Assembly: GCA_002269645.1 (NCBI GenBank)
Contig: NIVC01001769.1
Location: 124,001 to 188,000, forward strand
Direction of reading: 5' to 3'
Length of the DNA: 64,000 bases
Origin: Macrostomum lignano
Taxonomy: Eukaryota
Made by a program: the position numbers and the translations under genes. Positions 8,540 through 20,700 of this stretch are shown here, one piece after another. Each line of letters opens with the position of its first letter. Position 1 is the stretch's first letter. The notes under the pieces were generated by a model. That model saw nothing but the letters and a program-made list of their open reading frames with translations, was not told where the DNA came from and searched no databases.

Positions 8540-9059
8540 AAATTAGGAGGGGGCATTGGTTTTGGATAGGGTACTGGATAGAAGGACCGTGTTATATGGG
8601 ATGGGGTGCAGGATAAGAGGGAGCCTTGGTTTGGGATGGGGTGCAGGATAGGAGCAGGCCTTGGTATGGGATGTACGGGGTGTAGAACACGAGGGGGCCT
8701 TGGTATGGGATGGGGTACAGGACAGGCAGGGCCTTGGTTTGGGAAGGGGTGCAGGATAGGAGGAGGCCTTGGTATGGGATGTACGGGGTGTAGGACACGA
8801 GGGGGCCTTGGTATGAGATGGGGTGCAGGACAGGAGGGGCCTTGGTTTGTGATGGGGTGCAGGATAGGAGGGGGCCCGGTTTGGGGGCTCGGTTTGGGTC
8901 GGGGGTGGGTGCGTGGCGGCGTTGGGTCGGGGGTGGGTGCGGCGGTGGTGGGTCTGGGGTCGGGGGTGGGCCTCTTTGGGGGGGCCTTCTCGCCTGATTG
9001 GCCGGGTGCCCCGGCCAATCCGGTGCGATGGCGGTGGAGGGTACCACTTTCCTACTACT
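8540..9059. repeat. Right terminal inverted-repeat region of the Polinton: G-rich subterminal repeats and terminal hairpin
   Basis: GCCTTGGT(A/T)TGGGA units every 33-40 bp (8624-8850), dense GGG runs, perfect stem GATTGGCCGG/CCGGCCAATC at 8996-9020, terminal CTACTACT. Confidence 0.7.
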
Positions 9060-11590
9060 GCTCTCTTGTAAGTATCTGTGCTAACACCCCCCGACTGCCG
9101 GAAATTTCCCGCGAGGCTGTTCCCGTTCATCCCCCCGGACTTCCATTAGAGCTCTGCTTGGACTCAAACGCAGGGACATCGTCGTTTCTTTGCTGTTTTG
9201 CCCGACATCGGCCCTCTTTTTTACTCAGCGGTAAAAAACACACCCGTTTTTACTCAGGACAGGCTCATCTAAGTCGGCTCAAACCCGACGCAATTACAGT
9301 CCCAAAAATTCAGCCAACTCGTCCACACTACCTCAGGATGTATACAGCGGGTGAGCGACCATCCACCTTCTGGACTCTCAAGAGGGGACGGCGCTGCGGA
9401 CACCGGCACCACCGGGTCTCCCTGCGCGACACCGCAGCACTGTAGCTGCCCAGGTATATTATATCTTTGAACTGAAAATATTTTTAATAACTGAACTGAT
9501 CTGGTTTGATAAACTTACTCACAATTATAATTGACTCACCCCATACAGAAGATCAAAGTTCGCACATAGCTACAACAGATCCTTAATTGTACACGCAATT
9601 TCAAAATAATCGAAAGCTTCCTACTTGAAGTTCTCCACTTTAAAATAACACAAATTATTATGTAATTTAACATTACTACGATTGAGATCGAGTTCACCGA
9701 ACACAATGCGTAAAAATGCGTAAAAAATCTTGTGCTTAAAATGCGTGAAATAGGATCATCTGCTGTCAGTCTTTGATCCTCATAATACGAGTATGTAATT
9801 ATTTTGTTTGGCTTAGGGCCTTGGGCAAATAAAAAAAAATCGGGAGTTACGCGTACCCAGGTAATCTTGCGGCGTATACATAGCGCGGTTTCCACTCGAT
9901 ATTTAATCCGAAAGCACAATCAGTGCAGGCGTACATGTATAGGGAGGGGGATCGGGAGATGTGTACCCCCGGCCAAAAGGTTTTTTTTGAAGTCTTTTTT
10001 CTCTTTAGGGGTGTGTCCCATCCCCCCCCCTTGAAAGAAAATTATACTCTTAATTCTGAGGGGTATATAGCCTTCCCTCAGCAAAATTGAGCAAATTCAT
10101 TTATTTAAATATTTTGCTGTGTCTCTCATGATAAGTCTAATAATCTAGCAGTATGTACCATGCTCGTAAACCTAGCTGGAGAACGTACCATATACTCAGA
10201 AGACATTGAAAATTCGCCATCACGGAGAATTCCGTATATGGTCGCCACATTGCGAGTGCAACTCAAAACTCTCTCAATCTGTGCAAGTGGCGAAACTTAG
10301 CTATATGCCGCGGCAGAGTGAACATGTACATGCAGTGTACCGTACGGTTACATGCATTATTAATTATATAGACACTTGTGGCTATACACACGTGTGACTT
10401 TTATATACCGTAACAATATCATTCCGATCACTCTGAGAGCTGCGTATTTACTTACATGTTCTAACTGAAAATAAAAATTGTTACTAATGACCAGAGCAAC
10501 TTAGAAAAACATAAAAAAATGGGATCGGACCAAGCAACTAACTACGCATTCAAGCACCCTGATGACTGACTGAACGATTCAAGTACTGTATTTTAAAGCT
10601 AGCGTGCCCTAATTGTTTAATTTTTTTACTTTTTTGTAAAAAAAACAGTTTTACGTTTTTTGTTTAAAGAATGTTACGTAGTTTGTTCTATTAATTTGTT
10701 AAACTGTACTAAATAGGTTCTAAACGATTTCTAAGAAAATGAGTTTTCCGGTCTGCACACGGCTCACAGAATTCCACTTTAGTAGTATTGCTTCAGCCTT
10801 GATCTACGTATGTGAGCATTCTTCTGTATTGCGAGTGTCAGGCTTTAGCAAATTTTATAGCTAGGCCTCGCCTCATTTTTTGGACCTTTGAACTAGGCGG
10901 TCTAAAAAACAACAGTTGTTGCAGTTTTTGTTTCTAACTCTAGTCAGTCACTAAGTTAAGTAGTAAAGTAAGTAGGGCCTACTACAGCACAGGCTACAGC
11001 CTACTACAGCCACAGGCATCTGAAAGAAATAAGTCCAGGCCAAGGACAATCAAACAGTTCTATGCCAGACACTGTCTTCTATTTTGGCCTATTTAACACA
11101 AAGTTATTAAGAATTTGTCTCCTTTGCTTGGCTTGCTATTGTTAGGTTTTGTCTTGCCCTGGGCCTAATCTTTTTATAGAAACTGGATCTTAAAAGTTAA
11201 ATAAAAATTCAAGAATGTTGCAACAAATAAACCCACAACTAAATAGAAGTTTTCGAAATAAGAAAGATGTTCTTATTGACTTTGAATCTAAGACTAAAGG
11301 TAAGTGATATCATTTTTAGTATCATTTTTCATACTAGTAACTAAATAAATTTTTTAGGACTTCTTGAACTTTAGGTATGTAAAATACTTCTGATTTTCCC
11401 ATTTTTCTAAAACTTTTGCCAGAGTCTAAGAGACTGATCCTAGTCAAATCGTCAACTGGCATTTCATCAACTGGGAAGCATTTGCCCTCAGGTCACTTTG
11501 TCAACTGGCCAATCAGTGACCTCTAAACATAGTCACTTCGACAACTGTGCATTATGTACATACTCATATTTTACAATGCATTAGTATATA

Positions 11591-11815
11591 CAGGGTGTTC
11601 TATAAGTAACTTTACAACTTGTTTCATGAATAACTTTGTGATTAATGCTTGGATCCCAACCAGATTTTAGCATAAGAAAATATATAGAAAAGGGGTTTTT
11701 TGACATCAAAAGCATGTTCATATCAGGCCCAGATTTTGTCTAAGACAATTACCAAAGCCCTGCTGGACTTTCCGCGGCGGCTGGAGGCCTGTCTTACAAA
11801 CGGCCACACTCAGGA
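11591..11815 (+). mobile_element. Tc1/mariner transposon remnant
   Basis: TA-CAGGGTGTTC terminal-repeat-like start at 11591. ITKALLDFPRRLEACLTNGH (11748-11807) resembles the transposase C-terminus (...F..RL.AC....GGH). No right terminus found. Confidence 0.5.
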
Positions 11816-13768
11816 AGGTGTCACGTGTGCGCGGGAATATATTTCAGCATATTTTTGGAGTGTGTGCTGTGCGCAAAGCTAAAATATGAATTTTTGCGCC
11901 GAGGTCTACATTCATTTATTGACAAATACATAGCTAGAGTACTAATGCGCTATATCACTAAAAACTTGGTAAAAGTCCAATTAAAACAAAACTAAAAAAC
12001 GGATAAATTTTTGTACATTATGCAGGGTTTTTTCAACTTAAAACTATTGCTTTATTTTAGCTTATGTAAAGAAACATCAAAAGAAATAGCTCTAACTTTA
12101 CATTAAAATCCAATTTTGAATTTTATTATTTGTTTTATTTACCAAGAAACAATTTTTTTATTGATATGCTTGGAAAAAATGTAATCTTAAAGCATATTTT
12201 ACGTACTGCATATGCAGATTATACATTTAGGTGACTCAATGTGAGCTAAATTTTTCTGATCAGGTTTTGCTGTGCGCCACTGTGCGCTAAAAACTTCTGC
12301 TAAGCCTTTGTTGTGCGCCGTGTGCGCCACTTCGCGCATATTTTTCGTTGATGTGCGCAGGAATTTTCTGCCATAATGTACACCTTCCTGAATGTGGACA
12401 AACGGCAATGGCCACATCGAAGGACCCTGAACAAACTGTATTTTTTAATATATGAAGATTATATTTCATCTTTTTTAGAGCAATAATACTTAATCGTTAT
12501 TGAAAGTACTAATGCTGAAGTTTTTCATTTTAATAAAAATTAGAATTTGCTAGTGTTTTATTGTACTATTTTAGGTATATTTTATAAGTTTCTAGGTTGA
12601 TAATACATTTTACTAAAAGTATCTTTGTTTTACTCTACCTGTTTCTAATATTTTTTCAATTTTTAACATTAATAATGAGGTGGAAGCACAGAAAGAAAAA
12701 TATAAGGGCAAGGGGATGGAGAATTTGGTGAAAAATTTTTTTTGCTGGTTTGCTGACACCAATGAGGTAGGGTGGTTTTACTTTGAATTAAATCCGGAAA
12801 TATTGCGCAGACCAATTGCAATGGAATCTTCCTCCTGTTTTACTCCGACTGCTGGGGTCCTCAAATTCTAGGGGGAGGGTAGTCTTAGTTATAGGCAAGT
12901 AGTCTTCGTTAAGCGCGAGCATTCAGTGCGGGTCCTCAGACACCATAATTACTGTTCTCCGAATGCTTGACTATTGAATGCCTCTATTGAAGTTTAAGTA
13001 GGTAAAATCAATCCCTATAAAGATTCTCCCCACCCTAAAACCCCCCCCCCATTCCCTATGTCCCAGTGGTTGGCTTTAAGCTATGAAAAAATGAACTCAA
13101 ATTTGAAATCAGCACCATCAAAAACCCCTATAGAGACAAAATTATGATCCTATCAATACTGCAACTATTTTATCTATATCTACCTAAAGTTCAAGAAGTC
13201 CAATTTTTAGCTACTTATATTATGACTAAATATTAGGCCCTATATTAGATATTAGCTCTCAGTCTAGATAGGCCTCCAAGGGTACTAGTCCAAATTGAAG
13301 TTTAAAAAATTTTCAAGAGGTACTGCTCTAATAATCAAGAGGATTCTAAAATGTTTTTCAAACAATTATAATCCAGAATTTATTAAAAACAAGAAAAAGT
13401 TGGCTTTTTTAAAGAAAATGTATAGTTTCTTAGAATTTTTAATAGTGGTGGTGTATGCCACTAGTGTACTTTGATTTCATTGTATTGGCCAATGTTGCCA
13501 ATGTTGCATTGGCATAGTATCTAAAAGTCATTTAATTTTTTCATGGCTTTCATTCTTTACTGTGGCATGATTTAGAAAAATAGATAAGACAGAACTATTG
13601 CCTTGCCCTCCACACTCCAGATCATGTAGATGTAATATAGTACATGCCCAAAAATTTGGGTGTGCATTGGCCTTGCATGCCAAAAGTAGGTGTGTGCAGT
13701 TGTCATGCACCATACTTCTAAGAAAATAGTATGCGTGCAAACCTGGCATGCACTTTATAGAATTGGTA

Positions 13769-14054
13769 ATGGCTAGAGTTCTGGCACTGGAACCCATTTT
13801 CTAACAGCTATGGATCTAGCAATGCCATATAGAAGCATATATAAAAAGACTACTAAGAACATATCTTTAGAAATATGAACATTAGAAGCATCTTGTTTCA
13901 AATCTTATCATATTGTCTTGAATTTTATCTAGAACAAAATATCAACATCAGCCACCTGTAGAAAGAAAAAATATAATGTTCTGTATATATTATAATGGCA
14001 CTGCCAGATCCATAGCCATTAAAAAATGGGTTCTAGTGCCAGAACTCTAGCCAT
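13769..14054. repeat. Palindromic MITE-like element with ~62-bp inverted arms
   Basis: ATGGCTAGAGTTCTGGCACTGGAACCCATTTT...GCTATGGATCTAGCAATGCCAT versus its reverse complement at ~13993-14054. Confidence 0.75.
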
Positions 14055-14229
14055 AGCCTTATGGAATCATGCGAAAGAGTTTGTTTAAAGTGAAAAAAAG
14101 ATAAAAGACGTTTTTTTAAGCATAAATTTCAAGCTTTCTAGGTTTTAAAACTAATTAAAGCTCATAATAGGGAATTTATAGAAATCTCTGCATGCATCAA
14201 TTTTCGGCTATAAATATTATTGGTGAAAA

Positions 14230-14720
14230 AGCAAAAATGTCAACCAAATTATGAGTATTAAGCCAAAAATGGTCTTTTATGTATTTTAAAAAAAGGAAAT
14301 TTATTGTCGCAATGTAAAAAAGATCATTTATTGTTGTAACACCAGCGTGGATTTGAGAGTGGGCATGCACTCAATTTTTTTGCCGTGCATTTGTAGTTAT
14401 TCAATTTGTGTTCAGGCATTCACCTAGCATGATCTGGACTATGGCTTGCCCTTAGTCCGGATTGTGCCATGACACAGTAAAATGACTATAACAAATAGTC
14501 CAGCAAATAAATTCGTGGATCCCAATGGTTTCTAGCCAGGCATAATCCATATCATGCCAATTGCATGCCCAGACAAAAATTGAATAGTTACAAACGTACA
14601 CCAAAAAATTAATGCACACCAACTCTCTCAAATCTAGGGCAGTGTTGCAACAATAAATGACATTTTTGCATTGTGTAAAAAACTATTTTTGGCTAATAAT
14701 TTGGTTGATTTTTTTTGTTT
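14230..14720. repeat. Degenerate palindromic MITE-like element with ~170-bp inverted arms
   Basis: 14308-14420 (CAATGTAAAAAGATCATTTATTGTTGTAACAC...GATTTGAGAG...) is reverse-complementary to 14560-14685. The outer CAACCAAATT...AGCCAAAAAT segments also pair. Confidence 0.6.
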
Positions 14721-14792
14721 TTGTTTATATAACAATAATAGTATATAAATAAAAATGTAATTTTATTTTACAATTATAAAAAACACTCACAG

Positions 14793-17700
14793 AATTGCGA
14801 GTTCAATTCACTGAGCAGCTGCGCCTCATGGACACCCGACTAGAGTGGGAGAGCGCAGTCTTATTGGAGTTGAACGAATTTTACCGCCGCCGAGCCGAAA
14901 TTGAGGAGCAATATTCGAAGGATTTGAAGAAACTGTTCAGCTCTCGAGTAGAGAAACTTCACATGCTCGAGCGGCATCGTTCAGTGCCTGGTGCCAGCAG
15001 TTATTCGCTGTTTAAATTTTACAAAACAGTCCTCGGCATCACTCACAGCCAGAGTGTCAATCATGGAGTTGTGGCGAAAATTTTTAGCACCAAGATGGCG
15101 CCAAGATTCACCGATATTCGTGAGAATTCTGCTAAACTGTTTCAAAAATGCAAAGAGATGTGTATCGCCGGCCAAGATGAAGTGATGGAGAATGTCAGGC
15201 AAATTGGTCAGAGTTTGAGAACTTATCAGATTGCTTACGGACAGGCTGCTCAAGCTGAGGCCAAGCTGCTGGCGGCCAAGGATGATCGAAGACGACTGGA
15301 GGAGGCTGGCCAGTCTGGCAGTGCCAGCGGTGTGGAGAAACGGCTCAAGCAGGTTTGTGCTCAGTTGCTGGGACAATAGCCTCCCAGATCCTCAGTTGCT
15401 GGGACAATAGCCTCCCAGATTCTCAGTTGCTGGGACAATAGCCTCCCAGATCCTCAGTTGCTGGGCCACCGGCCTCCCTGATCCTCAGTTGCTGGGACAA
15501 TAGCCTCCCAGATTCTCAGTTGCTGGGACAATAGCCTCCCAGATTCTCAGTTGCTGGGACAATAGCCTCCCAGATTCTCAGTTGCTGGGACAATAGCCTC
15601 CCAGATCCTCAGTTGCTGGGACAATAGCCTCCCAGATCCTCAGTTGCTGGGCCACCGGCCTCCCAGATCCTCAGTTGCTAGGCCAGCCTCCCAGATCCTC
15701 AGTTGCTAGGCCAGCCTCCCAGATCCTCAGTTGCTAGGCCAGCCTCCCAGATCCTCAGTTGCTGGGACAATAGCCTCCCAGATCCTCAGTTGCTGGGACA
15801 ATAGCCTCCCCAGATTCTCAGTTGCTGGGACAATAGCCTCCCAGATTCTCAGTTGCTGGGACAATAGCCTCCCAGATTCTCAGTTGCTGGGACAATAGCC
15901 TCCCAGATTCTCAGTTGCTGGGACAATAGCCTCCCAGATTCTCAGTTGCTGGGACAATAGCCTCCCAGATCCTCAGTTGCTGGGACAATAGCCTCCCAGA
16001 TTCTCAGTTGCTGGGACAATAGCCTCCCAGATCCTCAGTTGCTGGGACAATAGCCTCCCAGATTCTCAGTTGCTGGGACAATAGCCTCCCAGATCCTCAG
16101 TTGCTGGGACAATAGCCTCCCAGATCCTCAGTTGCTGGGCCACCGGCCTCCCAGATTCTCAGTTGCTGGGAAAATAGCCTCCCAGATCCTCAGTTGCTGG
16201 AACAATAGCCTCCTAGATCCTCAGTTGCTGGACAATAGCCTCCCAGATCCTCAGTTGCTAGGCCAGCCTCCCAGATCCTCAGTTGCTAGGCCAGCCTCCC
16301 AGATCCTCAGTTGCTAGGCCAGCCTCCCTGAGGCTCCTTCTAATCTGCATAGAAGGAACTGAAGGATCAGGAGAGGGTATAGATAGGATCTCGGTGTTAA
16401 GCTGAGGTGCAGGGTGTGGCAATACTTTGGACTTTCTGAAGGAAGGATAGCCATATATAATTTAAATGCTAAGCGATTTACACTACTGTGAATCGCGTGT
16501 ATTTTTTTTCTGTGTGATTAAATCGTTAAATTTATCTGTTTCTTACTAATGCTTAACTGCTATCTACGAGCGACTGTATATCTGTTTTAACTCCCATTTA
16601 TCTGAAAGTTTTCTAGCAAGTAGATCTGATACAATATCATGCTCCAGGTACTCTATTTTTAACGCATACAAACTTCTGAGTAAATCTGCATGGTTGGTCA
16701 AGTTTGCCAGTAAAAAATAATTGTTGTGTAGTTAACTCTGCAGATATTTTTTTCTATTTTGATTTCCAAAAACACACTTAAATTTCCGACTTCTAAGTCT
16801 TTACTTCCGGTTTCTAAATCTTATCTTCACTTCCGGTTTCTAAATCTTATCTTCTCACTTCCGGTTTTTAAATCTTGTCTTCACTTCCGGTTTATATATT
16901 TTATTTTCAGTTTTGGTTTATGAATTGTAAATTCACTTCCGGTTTATAAATCTTATCTTCACTTCCGGTTTTTTAATCTTGTCTTCACTTCCGGTTTTTT
17001 AATCTTATCTTCTCACTTCCGGTTTTTAAATCTTGTCTTCACTTCCGGTTTATATGTTTTATTTTCAGTTTTGGTTTATGAATTGTAAATTCACTTCCGG
17101 TTTATAAATCTTATCTTCACTTCCGGTTTTTTAATCTTGTCTTCACTTCCGGTTTTTTAATCTTGTCTTCACTTCCTGTTTATTTATCTTATTGTCAGTT
17201 TTGGTTTTTGAATCGTATATTCACTTCCGGTTTATAAATCTTGTCTTCACTTCCGGTTTTTTAATCTTGTCTTCACTTCCGGTTTTTTTAATCTTGTCTT
17301 CACTTCCTGTTTATTTATCTTATCGTCAGTTTTGGTTTTTGAATCGTATATTCACTTCTGGTTTCTAAATATTATCTTCACTTCGGGTTTATATATCTAA
17401 TCTTGACTTCCGGTTTTTAAATGTTCAACTTCCGGTGCCTCCCGCAGTTGGACAAAACCGTGGAGAGGCGCCGCGAAAAGTACGACTCTACCAAGCATAA
17501 AGCATTGCGCGAACGCAATGACTACCTGCTACAGTTGGAGAGCGCCAACGCCTGCCTGCGGAAGTATTTCTCTGATGACATGCCGGACATTTTAGACTGC
17601 ATGGCCTGCGGCTTTCACAATTCCCTGGCTAGAGCCGCCATGATGCATTTGAATACGGAGGACACTATGAAGCAGAGACAGGAGAGCTTTGTGAGACTGT

Positions 17701-20700
17701 TTATGGACACCATGAGTCAGCTGGATGCCAAGTGAGTGAAAATGTTGCTATTGGTTTCATTATCATTGCTTTAACAGCAATGATAGATGATTAAAAGTAA
17801 TTGCTTTTAATCACCTTGCTAACAAAAATATTGTTACCTAAGAATCGCTCTCAAACAGGTCTAAGAATCGCTCTCAAACAGGTCTAAGAATCGCTCTCAA
17901 ACAGGTCTAAGAATCGCCCTCAAACAGGTCTAAGAATCGCCCTCAAACAGGTCTAAGAATCACCCTCAAACAGGTCTAAGTATCGCCCTCAAACAGGTCT
18001 AAGAATCACCCTCAAACAGGTCTAAGAATCACCCTCAAACAGGTCTAAGAATCGCCCTCAAACAGGTCCAAGTATCGCCCTCAAACAGGTCTAAGAATCA
18101 CCCTCAAACAGGTCTAAGTATCGTCCTCAAACAGGTCTAAGAATCACCCTCAAACAGGTCTAAGTATCGCCCTCAAACAGGTCTAAGAATCGCCCTCAAA
18201 CAGGTCTAAGAATCACCCTCAAACAGGTCTAAGAATCGCCCTCAAACAGGTCTAAGTATCGTCCTCAAACAGGTCTAAGAATCACCCTCAAACAGGTCTA
18301 AGTATCGCCCTCAAACAGGTCTAAGAATCGCCCTCAAACAGGTCTAAGAATCACCCTCAAACAGGTCTAAGAATCGCCCTGAAAAGTTATTTAACAGACA
18401 TATTTTAGTAAGCCTTGGTGGACTGATACAAAACTGTTGTTATCTGTTGTTAATTCAAAAATATATAAATTATTTTCAGCAAGCGTATTATGTTATTTTG
18501 AAGTCTTCTGGGCAAGTGGAACTATCTTATACTTTTCTTATCCTTAGAAATACTGGATCAGCATGTTATCACATATCAGCAGTATTTTTAGCATTCTTTT
18601 TGACGCCCTTAATTCGTATCTAGCAAGATTTCGTTAGTCAGTTATAAGTTTCTCTTGTTTCATTTTATACGTTATACATTAAAAAACCTTTTCCAATTAG
18701 TTCAGTATGCTAGGAATTTTTTTTCTTCATCATTATATGCTTTTTATTATGTATGCAGTACTTGACTTTATTTTTTAAAGAATTGAATTATAATTACTCG
18801 TACATTTATGTCTATGTACATGAGGGACTGAGATGCTAGTCTAAATGTATGTGCGTTAGCAGATGGGGTGGTAGTCTATGTACATTGGGGAGTGAGGTGG
18901 TAGTCTATGCTCATTGGAGAGTGAGGTGGTAGTCTATGTACATTGGGGAGTGAGGTGGTAGTCTATACTCATTGGAGAGTGAGGTGGTAGTCTATACATT
19001 GGAGAGTGAGGTGGTAGTCTATACTCATTGGAGAGTGAGGTGGTAGTCTATACATTGGAGAGTGAGGTGGTAGTCTATGTACATTGGGGAGTGAGGTGGT
19101 AGTCTATGTACATTGGGGAGTTAGGTGGCAGTCTATAAATTAAGGAATGAGGTGGTAGTCTGTGTACATTGGGGAGTGAGGTGGTAGTCTATGTACATTG
19201 GGAAGAGAGGTGGCAGTCTATGTACATTGGGGAGTGAGGTGGTCGTCTATGTACAAATCGACGCACGTATGTAATGTATGCAGTAACAGTCTGACTGTTT
19301 AAGATGCCGTTTATCTACTTAATCTCAACAGGCAAGACAAGCTGCACTTCTTGCAAACATCGCAGTTAGCATTCACCGAGCCTAAGGCGTTAAAATTCGT
19401 AGCGCACAAAGGCGATCCAATAAATCAGGTTTGCGCAAATCAGTCTGACGTGCTTAACGAACTGGAGAGTCGTTACAACAATTTGCAAACACTTATTAAA
19501 AACACCGGCCTTGAGTCTGACGAACTGTGGAAGACTCTGGAAGCTGCTGAACAGTCCTGGCTGTCTGAAATCAGCGTCTCTGACTATTACGTGAACGAGA
19601 TGTTCTGTCAGGCTATGAAAGAATCGCAGTCTGGCATCTCTGGTGAGTCTTGCGGTTACTTCTTGCCCACATAGACTACCACCTCACTCCCCATTGTACA
19701 TAGACTACCACCTCACTCCCTAATGTACATAGACTACCACCTCACTCCCCAATGTACATAGACTACCACCTCACTCTCTAATGTACATAGACTACCACCT
19801 CACTCCCCAATGTACATAGACTACCACCTCACTCTCCAATGTATAGACTACCACCTCACTCTCCAATGAGCATAGACTACCACCTCACTCTCTAATGTAC
19901 ATAGACTACCACCTCACTCCCCAATGTACATAGACTACCACCTCACTCCCCATGTACATAAACTACCACGTCACTCCTCAATGTACATAGACTACCACCT
20001 CACTCCCCATGTACATAGACCACCACCTCACTCCCCTTGTGCATAGACTAACACGTCACTCCCAAAGTACAATCGCTTCTTATTTATCGCAAAACCCCAG
20101 GTGACTTTGCCGCGGATTCAAGTCAACAGCCGGAGCAGCGCAACGCGGACACTGACAAGAAGCGAGCCTGGGAGAATGGCGAATTCTACCTGGGCAAATT
20201 TGCCGAATACATGCGCAAGAACTGCCAGCTGACTCGCTCTCGAGCCAGAGCTGCCGCCATCTCCAGAGCACTCGGTAGGGAGAGCGGCATGGCGCCGCCC
20301 CCGCTGCCAACTAAGCCTCGAAAGAAGTCCATCATCAAAGTTAACGCCCAGCTCATTGGCAGCGGGAAGCCGAAATTATTTGGCGGTTCGGTTGACGATC
20401 TGCAAGAATTTCCCACTATTGTGCTGTCCTGCGTCAAGCTTATTCATCAGTATGGGCTGCACAATCAGGGAGTGTTCAGGTAGAGTTTTTCCTGTTTTTT
20501 CACTCTAATCTTCCCCTGTTTGTCTTGCTTTGGGATAAATATCCCAATTCTCAGTCAGCTCACTAATCTCTCAATATATTAAGTATCTAATTTGGGATAA
20601 ATATCCCAACTCTCAATCGGATTGCTAAACTCCCAGTTACATAGTGTCTCTAATTCGGGATAAAAATCCCTATCTCACTCTGCCACCTCCCTGAATCCAG

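Larger units (their letters stand above)
1..9059. mobile_element. Decayed Polinton/Maverick (adintovirus-like) element, right portion; left end outside window
   Basis: Clustered intronless remnants of pPolB, integrase, major capsid protein and packaging ATPase, with overlapping stop/start codons (TAATG at 2625-2629, ATGA at 4315-4318). Terminus ...CCTACTACT at 9051-9059 reads AGTAGTAGG on the minus strand, matching the short AG/AGT terminal repeats known for Polintons. Confidence 0.88.

Noticed and set aside
8536-9445. Pro-rich and Gly-rich ORFs at the Polinton end
   Set aside because: Translations of G-rich subterminal repeats; they run across the element boundary.
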